This document shows, piece by piece, positions 23,153 to 37,300 of a stretch of DNA of 64,000 nucleotides (positions are counted from its first letter, which is position 1; each line of letters opens with the position of its first letter). The position numbers were made by a program, and so were the translations under genes. A model generated the notes under the pieces. It saw only the letters and a program-made list of their open reading frames with translations, was not told the DNA's origin and made no database searches. The DNA comes from a virus (Duplodnaviria; Caudoviricetes). The stretch is taken from positions 86,487 through 150,486 of IMG/VR virus record IMGVR_UViG_3300028591_000104; one strand, 5' to 3'.

Positions 23153-24034
23153 TTAATTGGAACAAATCGTATCAATTTCTTGATTGGTAATAGGAGTTAA
23201 ATCAGTAAATTGAACATAATTGCTTAAATCTATTTGTGTTGTACCAATTTTTTCATAACGCCCTACATTAGAAACTACTATCCAAACATATTCATCATAA
23301 CTGTTAGGTGCACTTCCAGAATTTGGAACTAAATAAATAACACCTTTTTCACCAGTAACAGGTAAATCCGAATAACTTGCTACTATTTGAAATTCAATTC
23401 CAGTTATATCAGCTAAAGCATCTTCAATAGCTTGAGCTACTTCCACATCAGTTTGATAATTAGCATCATTAGTTAATTCACTTACATTAGTAGGTAAATC
23501 AGCTGAAGTAATATAACCAGCATCATTAGTTAAATCACTAACTAATGTTGGCACAGTAATATCTACAATTTTATTACCATCAGGATTCACTAAAGTTCCA
23601 TTAACTTTAATACCTTCAATAGTATTTACTTCACCATTATCCGGTATAGTAATAGTAGTTGAAGATTGGTCAGAACCTGCAAAAGTAAGAATATGACCGT
23701 CACTTTGATTTTGTGTTAAAGTATAAGTGGTATCAGTGGTTACAAAACCACTATCATTAGTTAAATCAGAAACTTTAGTAGGTACTGTAACATCCACAGC
23801 TTTATTAGCATCTGGAGTCAACGCAGAACCATTAACCTTAACTGATTCAATAATATTAACCTCTGCACCAGTTTCAATCCCACTTAACTTTGTTTGTTCA
23901 GCAGTTGTATAGTCATTAGTAGAAAGACCTTTACCAGCTTCTTTATCTACCTTATCCCCTAACTTTGCCTTTAGTAAGGTCCAAAAGTAAAGTAAGCCAT
24001 TATAATCTAACTACTTTATTGGTGTATTAGGCAT
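23153..24034 (-). CDS. Fibre/head-fibre-like protein (1 TAG)
   Basis: MPNTPIK*LDYNGLLYFW...KVDKEAGKGLSTNDYT, three VS(D/E)LTND repeats. TAG at 24011. Confidence 0.75.
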
Positions 24035-24037
24035 TGT

Positions 24038-24661
24038 TTATTCCTCCTTCATCATATTGTATATATCAAGATTAGAAATTAAATCTAAATCAACATCTTC
24101 ACTATTTAATCTATCCCAAGTCCCGTCACCTTTTAAATATTTATTCTGCGCGCCGGCGCTTGGGGTCGGCACAAGACCATGCCTTCCAGGATTCATCTGA
24201 GTAGCTCCTATAAAGTCTGTTGCTATAAGTGCTAAAATCTCATCTAGGCCTTTATTAACCCACTATCCATTTTCATAAACTAAAAGTGAATCTGGACTAA
24301 CTTCCGCACTAATAAGTACATCACTTAAATCACTAAGTTTTGTTTTCTTAGAAACTTGAGAAGCTATTAATTTATTTCCAAGATACAATACCCCTTCATC
24401 ATCTTCTACCTCAGAAACAAACTACAAAGTATCAGGATGTTTTTCTGGAAGTTGTTCATAGGCCTCGGGAGTCCCACGAACAAAGATTACATAAGGGGGC
24501 AATTCCGATGGATCGCCACTTCCTTTAACCTCCGGCCGCAAATTCATAGCCTTAATTTCTTCTATAGTACTTAACACTCTTGGCTTAAGCTATTCTTCAG
24601 TAGGTTCAAAAGAATAGCTTAAATCTTCTTTTTTCTTTTTATTAAAGCCTTTAAGTATCAT
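24038..24661 (-). CDS. Fibre-associated protein missing from the ORF track (3 TAG)
   Basis: AAAGGAGG RBS. FVRGTPEAY...HPDTL*FVSE..GVLYLGNKLI and GLVPTP...YLKGDGTW. TAG at 24590, 24422 and 24263. Confidence 0.75.
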
Positions 24662-24722
24662 TTAAACCTCCTTTGCCGCACAATTCCCCCCGGCAGTGAC
24701 CTCATACCGGGGGCGCGGAGCT

Positions 24723-27700
24723 TTAATATAATTTATCAACTGCCTTAATGGCGTTAATATTCATTGTACCATTATAAGTTAATGGTATTGAAATACTATT
24801 AATAATATATTCACCACTTAATTTAATATTATCATCATGGATACTAATACGATTATTTGGTTCAAGTGTATAGATAGGGATACAATTAATACTTACAGAT
24901 TCATTCGCCTATGTGAATTGATATAACCACTGGTCAAGCACGTCCTTACAGCTCTTGCCGCAATTGGCTACCTTAAAGTAGTCATACACCCACTCGCCGC
25001 ACTGCATTATATTATATCCACTTCTTGTATAATCAATTAGTTTATTATACCTCTCATCATCAGCTTTACTAGTTCTCTGGTAAACAATGTTTAAAGTATC
25101 TCTATAATATATAGCTTTTACATTAGATTCATTACTTGCTTTTGACCTATCCATAACATTATTCACCCCGTATTTGCCAATTTCACTAGTCTGTGAATCT
25201 AAAAAGTCAAACCAGAATAATAACAACTCAGGTGATTCCTTCACCAAAGTATTCCACTTACCACTATATCCTTCCAAATTATCATAATAATAAGTTTCTT
25301 GATAATAAGCTATGGTTAAATGCGTATAAGTATAATCATCATTAATATCAATTACTGGCACGTCATAATTATTAAACTTAATATATGTATAATAATTATA
25401 ATAACTACTAGTATCATATTTAAACATAGACCGAACATAAGCTGGTTGGTCTGCTAAATTAATCTAGCCGTTATCATCCTTAGATAAAAACATTGCACTA
25501 TTCTCAAAATTATCTGTTCCTGTGAAATTAAAGAAAGGGTGTTCTTTAAACTCTTCCCACTTATAAGCTCCAGAAACTTCAGCATATCTTTCGATCGGAA
25601 CTTTATAAAAATCTTTCCAAGTAAAAGTAGAAGGTAAGCTATTTAAAACACCAACTTTTGAATAACATTCTCCATGACGAGAAAATCTATAAACATAATC
25701 GCTAGAATTATAATATTGTATACCTGTAAATACAGGATACTTAACCCTAGCTAATTCAAAAATTAATTCGCCAATTACACCAGTTTTTTTCTTTTCTAAC
25801 ATCTAATAGAGATTATCTCCCGTCTTATAAACTGTAAAAGTATTATAAGTTGTATAATCAACAACATTAGTGTGTAAGTTTAAATTACAAATTTCTTCTA
25901 ATTCTTGTTGTGTGATATCTTCTCTATAATTTATTAATAAATTATATTTAGTTAAACGCCCAGAAAGTTCTGTACCATTATTTATTATTTTATTGTAACG
26001 GTCATATCTTATATCTTGTTCTGCTCCATTATCATAATAAAATCCACAATAACCATCACCAACTGATTCAAAAACAGCAGGAACATAAAGATAATCATAT
26101 TCTGCGGCCGCATCCCAGTTTCCTTCTGCTCCATTAAATTCCCAAGCAGAAAGATTTTTTTCAGACCAAATTTTAGGATTTAATCTTCTTGGGTTCTCCA
26201 CCAACAGACGTTCATCATCTATATAAGTAACATAATATTCTTCACACTCTTTTTCAGCTGGTTTATCTGCTACATTATACCAATGGTCTCTAACATAAAC
26301 ATTTTTAGTTAAGTCTAATTCACTAACAGATTTAATAGAAAATCCTGTGCTGAGCCCTTTATCATAATCGGGTTTATACAAATATCTCCAAAAACCTTCA
26401 AGGTCAACATAATATTGTTCATAACCTGTTATTCCTTTTGGATAAAGAACTTCAAAACCACCATCTGCTTTTGGTATTGTATTATTCTGTAATATTCTAG
26501 CGTTAAAAGTATCAAAATGATTAAATCTTCTATAATCCAAAGCCATTTGATAAATTAATTCTCGCCAGTCTTCTTCATAACATTCAATGCCAGTAGGCAA
26601 TTCACCTTCATAATCTTCGGTATAATAAACTTTAGAAGGCCAATTCCCATTACTATCCACTTCTTTAAAGCCATTTGCAAACTCTGGATATAATTTCTTA
26701 TAAGCACTTAATTCTTCAGCAGTTACAGCAATAGATTTATAATAAACTGGTTTTTTATCTACTGCATATCTCATGTGAATAGGAAGTGTATTATCTCCAC
26801 TTTCCCTTTCTCCCCAAATCGCATAATCATTTTTAATATTACCAATATTAGGAGAATTATCAAAACTAACTACTAATTCACTTCCTTCAAACAACCAAGA
26901 GGTAGGTAAATAAGATAACAAAGTATAATCATTTCCCATACTTACTGTATCAAAATCATTAGCGTTCCAATTTGTATCAAGCCATTTATCTTTCTTTTGG
27001 AAAATAAAATTACCATCTACATCAAAGAAATATTCATAGTTTCCTAAGAAATCTACTATTTTATCTAATACAGAAGTTACGCTATCACCAACAGAAGTGA
27101 TTAAACCACTCTCTTCTCCATTGCGCGGGTAGGTTAGTTCCGTCACATCATATCCAGCTGTTTGTCCGGGATTTATCTTACATACATAATAAGTTTTACC
27201 ACTATCTCCCACTGTAACTACAGTGTATTGAGATTTATCAACTAAATTTAATTCATTAGTAGATAAATAAACTGGAATATTATCAATGGTTGTAGCCGCT
27301 CCATCTACATAAACTGTTGTAGATTGATTAATATATACATTAGAAGCTTCATCAGAAGCATCAGTAGGAATTAAAGCATACATAGGTTTATCACCCTGCC
27401 ACTCTAAAAGATACAAACCATATTTTGCTATGTCTTTTATAATAATTCTTTCCCAAGGTTCATGTCCATATTCATGCACAGCCTCACGAATTATATCTTC
27501 AATATTTATATCTACTAATTCTTTACTGCCATCTGCCGCAATTTCTTCTCTAGTGCCGAAATCTACGGAAGCGTAAATAGCTCCACCTACGTCACCATTA
27601 ATAAGGCACATTTTATCTTTACCCGAAATTGAAATGCTCATACCAGAAGTAGAGTAATTATAAGAAAATGAGGTTATAACATAAGTACCTAATTTAAACC

Positions 27701-28001
27701 AAATAATTTCAGGATAATCAGAATTAATGGTATTTTTTAAACCTAGCATTAATTTATATTTACTATTTAAAGTCCAATAGTAATCAGTAATATTAGTGTC
27801 ATAATTACAAGTAAATGTTAAGTTGCTGGTGCGGCGGAGCGATGAGGCGCCATCCAAATTCACTGATCCCTGGGTTATTCTACCCTGGACTTCTTCGAGC
27901 GGCTCCTCATCTATATTTAAAGAAATAACACGAGCGTAAGTTTCTCTGTATTTTTGAGAGAACAGCTCTTTTAAAAATTCATTATCTAACAATGGATCCA
28001 C
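24723..28001 (-). CDS. Large minor tail / baseplate-hub-like protein, about 1092 aa (3 TAG)
   Basis: Four in-frame segments joined by TAG at 25803, 25464 and 24909. N-terminal GRITQGSVNLDG..LRRT and EYFFDVDGNFIFQK, C-terminal IPIYTLEPN. TAA at 24723. Confidence 0.75.
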
Positions 28002-28017
28002 TTACACTCCACCTCCT

Positions 28018-29613
28018 TTAACTCAAATTTATAATTTTATTTCTAACCAACGCCTCATAGTCGTGGTCATCGCACTCATATGCTTGACTACTAAATGAAT
28101 AAATCATACGACTAGTAGTCTGGTCGGGAGACATTGAGCATCCCATTAAACGTACCAACATATTACCTTCAGAAGACGAGCGGAACAATTTTACTTGACC
28201 GTTATTTAACCACTCCAGCACTTCTTCACGGAATTTTCTTTCATGCGTAAAGTTCTTTCCAGTGAGATCGGTAGATAGAGAGAAATCTTCTATGTCGGGC
28301 ATAGGAGTATAGGTTTTCTCACGACCCGGCTGGTCCTCAACCCCATAAACACTGAACAATCTTTGCTCATCCATGTGGAATGACACAAGACCTCCTAATG
28401 TAAAATCTCTATATTTTACATCACCATTTCTAAAGAAAAATGGATATTTACCACCAATCGTATCAGTTTTGCTTTCCAGAATGGTTTCGTGTATACCACT
28501 TACTGAAGGGTTAAAGCGCACCTTAAGCTGGCGCGCGCCATCATACAAGAAAATATCTTCAAAATCAACCTTAACAGTATCAAAAGCAGTACTAATTTTA
28601 TCTTCTACCATAATTTGATACTTATAAGTCTTTCCTTGTTCAACAGTAAAATCTCTAAATGCCTCTTCAGGATTTATATTTCCAATCTTTACACGTTCAC
28701 CAGTCTCTAAATCAGTCCTTAACCAATAACCGTCATTGTCATCATAGTCTGTAATCAGGGTGACATAACCATTATCAAAATCATAACGCAATACAACAGT
28801 ACCTAAATCATCGGTTGTTGTCGTGTCAACAAGCGGCTAGGCCGCACTTTCAGCATCTATTCCACTGTTGGTTTCTATCAAATATTGAATAACAATATTT
28901 TCTTCATCTGGTAATTGATCTACATATTCCCATCGGTCATAAGATTCATACTCAGATTCGTCGGTTGATGCGTCATGAAGCATCCAACCACTATCTATTA
29001 CTGGCGTAACAGTCTCTCCTTCTAAAGTTCCAATTACAAATCTATATTTATAAACTTTCTCGGTAGAGTCTGCTATTTCTCCCCCTTGAGTGGTTTGGCT
29101 CTATCTACCAAAATATTCGTAAGTATGGTTGTTATCACTAGTTTCATCTAATCCATCTATATATACTGTAGGATACCAAGAGAACTTAGATATACCAACT
29201 TCACTATAATAACCTACATGTTGAGCGCATTCTTCAGGTGTAGGCTCTTCTTCAGCTGGAGTAAAAGCAGCAATATAAGCTAATTGAATTTTATAAAATT
29301 GACCGATGTTTAACATATCTTCATAATCTTCGGGTTCAATTTTAAAAGTGACTAATCCTTCATTCCAAGCATTGGTAACCTTTTGGTCTAAGTCCTCCCC
29401 CTCTTCAATATAAGCATAACCATTAATCGCTCTAAAATCATTCGTTATAGTTTTAAGTTTTAGGGCAAACGTTTTTATGTCTGCCCTAGAAACAGAACGA
29501 TTATTTTGAAAAGGAATTGTAATAAAAACTTCATTAGTTTCTACGTCCTGCTAAAAGGCAGGAATACGATTACCAATAGTTGGAGGATATAACTTACGTG
29601 TTATCGTCGGCAT
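28018..29613 (-). CDS. Tail/baseplate protein, 531 aa (3 TAG)
   Basis: ATG 29613 (KLYPPTI..IPAF*), TAG at 29551, 29101 and 28837. C-terminal KTDTIGGKYPFF and KLFRSSSEGN. Confidence 0.75.
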
Positions 29614-29752
29614 CCTCCTTTACCTCCTTTGACTGTAATTCTTTAGCTAATTGGCGCAGCTGCATTAAGCACTGCGCCATAACTATTGTATCTTCACCTT
29701 TAGTGGAAATACCACATAAAGCATTGTGTATATTAACTATTTGTTCTAACAT
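29594..29752 (-). CDS. Small hypothetical protein (52 aa)
   Basis: AAGGAG RBS. MLEQIVNIHNAL...GEDTIVMAQCL, TAA stop. Confidence 0.6.
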   Translation of the reverse strand: MLEQIVNIHNALCGISTKGEDTIVMAQCLMQLRQLAKELQSKEVKEDADDNT

Positions 29753-29783
29753 ATCCTTTGTCTCCTTTTAAAATAAAAATTAT

Positions 29784-32700
29784 TTATAATGGTTGATAAC
29801 CTATATAATGAATTTCACGAGTAGATAAAGTAACTCCGGTCACCACGGTTTGTCCATCTATTTGTGTAGTAGTAACATTAAGTGCATGATCAGTAGAAGG
29901 AATGTCAGCTACATAATAATTACAATCCTATAAACCAATTTTTAATCCTCCACTAATTTCTAAACCTCCACTAATTGTTAACTTAGTTCCATTTACGGCT
30001 AAAGAGGCTCCATTATCAGCTTTTATTTCTCCTCCGCCATCTAAAATAATACCTTTATCTAAATGTAAATATTCGTCGGCGCCAATGCTTAATCCATTAC
30101 CATTACTATTTACCATTTTTGAATTTTTCATAATAACTTTTTCAATAACGGTATTATTATCAGCTGCTTTAATAGCGCCACTAAGTGTACCGCCGTCAAT
30201 AACAATATCTTTAGCATGTACTGTACCATCCCATTCTACAGAAAGATTAGGATTATCATTAGTACCTATTTTTAAAGGCTAAATATTATTTTGAGCGTCT
30301 AAAGTAATAAAACCATTATAAGTAGTTTCGCTCTTAGTAAATGGATGTTTCATACTAATTTTCGCGTCATCAAAGTCAATTAACATACCATTTTTAGCTG
30401 TATCATAATTAGCACTTTGAATAATCGAACTATTACCATCTAATAACAACTGACCTTTACCAGCTTTACCTAAAAACATAGTACCATCAGCTTTTAATCC
30501 AAAAGATTGAACATTGTTATTATAACCATAAAGTCCATAAACGCTTCTACTTACACTCTGGTCTATCTTACCTATTTCACCCATAAGTAAACCATTATAC
30601 ATACCACCAACTTTAGTACCGGCACCTATTACAGGAGAAAAGATAGCATCTTCACCGATTTGTACTTTTTCGCCGGTCCACTGATTAAAATCGTCTCTAA
30701 ACAATTGTCTCTGCTGGAAAACTATAGGTAAATAATAATCTTCAGCATAAGGCAAATTAGAATTTGCCAGACATTCTCCCAATGTCTCTGCAGGGTAATC
30801 ATTACCTTCACCAATTTCTTTATAATTAACTGTAAAGCCTATATTATCAAATCTTAATATATAATGAGAAAAAGAATCTTCTTCATTAGCTCTAGTAACC
30901 ACTGGAGCAAGAACATTAGCTGTAGAAAATTCATAAGGAATTAAACTAGGATTTATATGTATAAGGTCAAATAAAAAATCCTATGGAAATTCTGGATTTA
31001 CTAAATCAATACGAGAAATAGGAGTAGGAGGGTAATGAATACCGACTTGAGAGAAATATGCTTCTCCCGGTCCCATATTTTTTTCTCTTATTACTCCACT
31101 TGCATCGCACTATAATTTATTTATACCTTCAATAAGATAAATTCTAGCTTCTTCTAAAGTATGAACAAGTTCTCCTTCATCATCATAATCTGAATCCCAT
31201 GTCTCTCGATAAAAATAAATTGGAATTTCTTTAATAGAAGTAATACCATAAGTTTTAGACTGTAATGCTAAAAACTTATAATAATCACTATCTAAAGATG
31301 GACATCTTAAAGTGTACCACTTAATTTCTTTATTTTGAACAGTATCACTTTGAACAAATTCATTTGAATCATTATAATACCAATAACCTTCTTTAAAGAA
31401 GTTAGTATAACCATCAACAATATAATTACTTAATATAGAAAGAATATTATCTTCTATGTATTCTTCTTTGTTATCTTCTGTATTAACAGTATAAGTATTT
31501 ATTGGATGAGTTACTTCTTGTTCTATAACGTAAGTTTTATAATGTTGAAATTTAATCTTTATATTATTACTATTGGTAAAAGTAAAAGTATTTTTAACAT
31601 GGTAAGTTTGGTCTCGATTTTTTCTATCACTAGCCTCTTGAGCATTAGGTGCTCCTAATTTAACCCACTTTCCGCCGTCTCCAATATCTTCTACTATAGT
31701 ATCTAAAGTACATTCTTCCCATTTAGTTGGGTCCCATGGATCACTTCCATCCTGAGAATCTAATGCTTTATATACCACATTTTCATATATACATCTATCT
31801 CCTGTGAGCCAATAGTCCGTTTCATAGGGATAAACATTCATATAATAAATCTCAGTAGGATCAAACTCTTCACTAATATTACCACTAGTAAGGGCAGGAA
31901 GATAAGAATGGTCTATATTATCATCCATCGGTTTGACATTAAAGAAATAAAAATAATAACGAATTACATTATCATTTACTTTCTTCAAAATAAAATTATA
32001 TTTTAATCCTTTAGATATTTTACTTGTTTGTTTGTAATAATTTGAAAAAACATTACTACCAATCCAAACTATACAACTCTTAAAATCTTGAAAATCTGAT
32101 AAAGACTCATCAAATATATTCTGACCAGTAGCCTCACCTCCAAGAGGACGCAATAATGAAAGCAGCCCAGACTTTTTTAAAGTTCCATTATAATCATTCT
32201 GATAAAAGCAGAAATGGAATAATTTTTCTTCTGTAGCCGTAACAGATGTATGCTCATAATCTAGAGGGACAGTATGTTTATTTATTAAATAAGGCTTTTC
32301 AAAATCTTCAGTAAGAATAAAAGTCTTATTTCCTGTCTCTGAATATCTAACATTTGCTATAGGAATTTCATATTTTCCTTCAAATATTATATTTTCTTTT
32401 TTAATAGTACAATAAATAGTATTATTAACCATTGTTGGTAAAAAATACTCTTTAGGTCTAAATGTAAGAGTTAAAGCTTGCATTGTTAACCAATTAGTTT
32501 GATCTGTATCACCATAGTAATATTTTTTATTCCTTTGACCTAAATCATAGATAAAATCATCACTTAATGTTACATCCCAAACCATATAAGTTATACCTTC
32601 TATGGTTTCAAAACGAACCGTATCATTGGTAGAACTATACTCATAACCAGCGCGCGGCCGCATAAATACCGTGGAAGACTCAAAATTAAATCTTAAGCTA

Positions 32701-34265
32701 GCTTGCTCATATAAGCTTTTTTGCTTTATACTTTCTGTGTATTCAAAAGCTGGAACCTTCCAAGTAACAGTTGCTCCTGCAAGATAACTAGGACTTTGGA
32801 AATTAGCGGTTATAGGACTCCAATCTAAATGAATACAATGTGGTAGTATAAATTCATATTGAGTATAAAGCTGATTTTCCATGTCATTATACCTTAATTC
32901 GGTATAAATTTTATCCTCTCCATCTATGTTTTTATCCTAATATTCATAACTGAATTGAATAGCGTTACTTGCATCTATCTCTTCAGAAGTAATTATAGGT
33001 TGGTATCTATATAAAGTAATAGTATTACTATATAAATTAGAATATCTTAAAGCTGACTGAGAGTCAAAATTTTCTTTTTGTATTCTAACCCTAAATTTAA
33101 CTTCTGGACTACCAATCAAATCGGAGCCAATTAAATAATCTAACTCTCCCCCACCATGAGACACTTCTATTGGCTCAGGAGGAGTATAGTTATCATTATA
33201 AAAACAACTAAACCAGTCTTTATTGTTAATACAATATTCAAAATAAGCAGGGGGAAATCTATTATTATTTTCACTACTTCTTTTTAGTTGTCCTAGGCTA
33301 TCTCTATACCAATAGACCCATGAAAAATGTTTTTTATTTTCTGTATCTTCCCACTTTTCAAAATATTGCGCGGGGTTGCTGAGTAAGAGCGTCACGTCAC
33401 CTTCATGATACTCTTCTTTGCCATAGCCGAAATAAAGTTTTAAATCTTTAGCAAAAATATTTACTTGAACGTCACTTTCGGGCATCGGATAAACCAAAGG
33501 AGTTACTTGTCCAGTTGTAGTATTATAACAAGTAAAATCATTATTTTGAAATACAGAAACTTGAATACTTTTAACCAAAGCCATATCTTCAGGTGCTACA
33601 GGTACTAAAAGTTTCTGAATAACATAATCATTAAAATTATAAAGATTGCCAAACATTTGAGTAGAATTAAACTCATATATAATAAAAGGTACAAGAGAAT
33701 TAGTATCTTTAAATAGTTTAATTCTAATTCCATAAGTACCAGCATTAACATTCTATATACTACCTAATTCACCAGTCTTTAAAGCAATTTCTATACCCAT
33801 TCTGGTATAAGGTTCATTATACAATTTGGCAAAATCATATTCATCTGTTAATGTAAAAGTACGTTCTGACCAGGGAAGAATATTAGCTTTTACGCCTATC
33901 TCTTCCACATCTACTAAAGAAGGCTTACCTTCATTTACATCAAGAAAATCACTAAATGGATCTAATGATTTAAATTCTATTTCTTTAGAATATAGTTTAT
34001 TTAATATAACTTTAGGATTATCCCAATTATTCTCTGGAATACTAACCATAACAGTATCATTTACTTTGTAAGTGTTTTCAGCACCAACAGCAGTAAAAGT
34101 TGTGCCACCATACTTACAAGAATAAGTTCCTGTATCTGCAGAATCTATTGAAATGATTTGAGCTTTTATGGTTTTATCATAGCCAGCTTTTGACACAGCG
34201 TCTTTAGCGATGGTAGCAATAGCTTCTATAATATTATTTCCTAAAGCTTCTTCCTTATTAGCCAT
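29784..34265 (-). CDS. Very large tail protein, about 1493 aa (6 TAG)
   Basis: One continuous frame broken only by TAG at 33753, 32937, 31110, 30981, 30279 and 29928. TAA at 29784. Lies directly after the tape measure gene. Confidence 0.75.
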
Positions 34266-34345
34266 ATCTTCTCTCCTTTCTCTCCAAAATATCTCTTATA
34301 TTAAATATGAAAAAAATATGTGTTAAATTATTTTAAATTGCCCAA

Positions 34346-34380
34346 TAAAAAAGAGGGGACTCTTAATAGAGTCCCCTTCT
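34346..34380 (-). terminator. Intrinsic terminator after the tape measure gene
   Basis: AGGGGACTCT-loop-AGAGTCCCCT with a U-tract on the minus strand. Confidence 0.8.
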
Positions 34381-34382
34381 TA

Positions 34383-37300
34383 TTAAAGGTTCTTTCTTCC
34401 TATATACTGTGATGCACGATTAACCAAATTGGTAAGTGCCAATTCAATTTCGTTGTGGTCAGTAGCATTAGGGAAGTTGGCTTCTATGTGAACATTCTGA
34501 TTAAGGTCTTGCGGGCCGGCGGTTGCAGCACTCGCATAAGCATTGTTGATATTGACCGCCCCGGCAGCAGCCGCGCGCACATCAATGCTAGCAACAATGT
34601 CTCTAACCATCTGAATAGTATTCAACATATTCTCAGTGTCATGAGCATTAAGTACTAATTCCTTTTGGTGAAGCATAGCCAAACGACCTTCACTTCCCCA
34701 AGAACCGGTATATCCACCAGTGTCAAAAGTAAAACCTTCTCTTTTATATAAATCATAAAAACTTTTTTTGTTATTTTTGTTTCCTATTAATTTATTTTTA
34801 ATATCTTTAATATCTGTATCAGTTAAAGTGGTTCTTATCCAGGCAATTAAAGCACTTTCATTTTTACCAGATCCCACCAAGGATTTTAGAGCAGAAACAT
34901 CTTTAGCAGCTTTATTCATTTGTGATTGAGAACTACCGTCTGTACCAGTACCTATCTATCCTAAAAAGTCTGCTAAATCTTGAGTTTTTGCAGCATCTAA
35001 GCTATTTTTTTCACTATAAGGTTTAGATCCCTTTTTTCCTCCTCCACCAGAATCATCCGTAGTATTTGTACTATAAGTGGTTTTATTAACTCCAGTATTA
35101 TTTTTCTTATTATTAACTTCATCCATTTGTCTTGATAATTCTTTATATTTACTAATTAAATTATTAACTTGATTTACAGTATTACTAATATCTTTTCTAA
35201 GTTTATCTAATTTCTGATTATTAACATCATTAATTTTATTAATAACATCATCAAATGCTCTTCTCATATCTTTAGCAGCTTCTTCCACAGACCCAGCGGC
35301 ATCCTTTGAACTCTGCTCTGCAGTCTTCATAGCACCACTTACTAAATCAGCATAATCTGCAAGGCTAGTACCTGCTGCGCCCAATACTTCTTCCTGTTTA
35401 AGTTTAAAATTTCCAAGAGCATTCATAATACTAGGGAAATAACCGCCTTCACCAACAGTAGCTTCAGTAAATTGTTTAAGAAGGTCAGAAGCGCTTTGTA
35501 CGTTAGGCTGCAGTACTCCAGTGTATGTATCTTCAATCTTAGTCTGATAATCTTCTAGTTTACTGATTTTATAACCAGTTGTTTTAGAATAATCTAACCA
35601 ATCTTTATTATACAATTCAGAGTTCTTATCAATAGCAATACCAAGTTGATCGCTCATTATCTCAGCCATACGCTGATAATATTCTTGTGTCTCTTGGAGT
35701 CTACGCTCTTTATCTTCTTCATTGAGACTAGAATCTTGAGCGATTTTAGTCATTTCTTCAACATACTGATTTTCAAGATTTAAAAAATTCTCTTGCTGTT
35801 CTTTAATAAAATCACTATTTAACTTTTGATACTCATAAAGTTTATCTTCATAGTTCTGGCGTGCTTTATCAACGTTATCTTCATCAGCCGTATAAATATA
35901 ACTCCAGTTACCATCATTATCCCTTGACATGCGGACGGTCTGCTTAGCGGCCTGTGCATCTTCAAGAGCTATTTCAGCAAGTCTTAATTCATACTTTTTA
36001 CGAAGAGCATCAACCTCAAACTGACTTACTTCCTTACCAGAAGCTTCAATATCAGCTATTTCTTGAGTAATTTCTCTTAATCTTTCCTTCTGTCTTATAG
36101 TATCTGCATCATCAATAGAATTATTAATATCACGAGTTAATTTACTAAATTCATAAATCTTCTCATAATCATCAAGATACTGTTCATCAAGTTTCTTTAA
36201 TCTATCGAATTTGGTCATATCCCAATCAGAAGTATTAACCATCTCTTTGAAATTGTTAGACATATCTTCAACAGCTTTTTTGAAAATATCTTCAGCTTGC
36301 TTTAAAGCTTCTTCTGTTTTCTTAAGCATATCTGATTGAGAATTTTCTACTTCAGATTCCATCTCACGAAGGTCATTACGGAAAGCAGTTAATGTTTGCT
36401 CACTAGCTCCAGAAGCTATAAGTCTTTCATACTCAGCTTTTGCCTGTTCTAAACTTGCTCTCTGAGAAGCCAATCTAGCATAAGCTGCTTCAACTCCATT
36501 AACCATTTGCGCGTATTGAGAACCCATTACATCAGTAATAAATTGATTAGTAACGCCAGGAGAATTGGAATAGATTAAATCAGCAATATCTTGATATTGT
36601 TTTAATAAATCGATATTAGAAGCAATTTTATTTTGCTGATAATCAAATTCTTCATTCCATTCTTCAAACGCATCTACCATTCCATGTATGATAGACTCTT
36701 GAAGTTCATCTATAGTCTTTTGGGTTTCAAGAAGACTACTATTATAGTCTAATAAAGTATTAACCTCATCTTCAGTAAAACCAAGATTAGCTATTGTATC
36801 ATCGGAAAGATTACCTATATCATTAATACTTGCTATACCATGATTAGCGAGAATCTGATTAACAGCTTCATCATAAGTAGTTTGACTACTAAGATTAACA
36901 CCAAGCTGTTCACTCATCTTAGCAATAGATTCAGCTGTTGAAAATGCTTTTTTCTGAATGCGGTCAAGGTCATATTCCAGTTTTTCAAGCTCTGCATCAT
37001 TGACCTGGATATCCATTTCTACTTTAGTAGTAATTTTTTCAAGAGCTTTATCATATATTTCATACTCAAGCTGTTGAATCTCTTCAAGCTTTTTCTGATA
37101 TAATTCATTAGTATCGTCATACTGTTTTAACTTTTTCTTGAAATCTTCATAACGCTGGCTAGCTTTATTAAATTCAGCTTCAGACATTTTACCAGAATTA
37201 TATTTTTTAACAGCATCATTATAACGTTTAAGTTCTTTCTCAATCATCTCGTCATAATTTGTAACGACACCATTTTCATCATATTTAGCGCCAAAGAAGT

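Noticed and set aside
17220-24661. Diversity-generating retroelement targeting the fibre genes
   Set aside because: No reverse transcriptase and no TR/VR pair differing at adenines was seen in the window.
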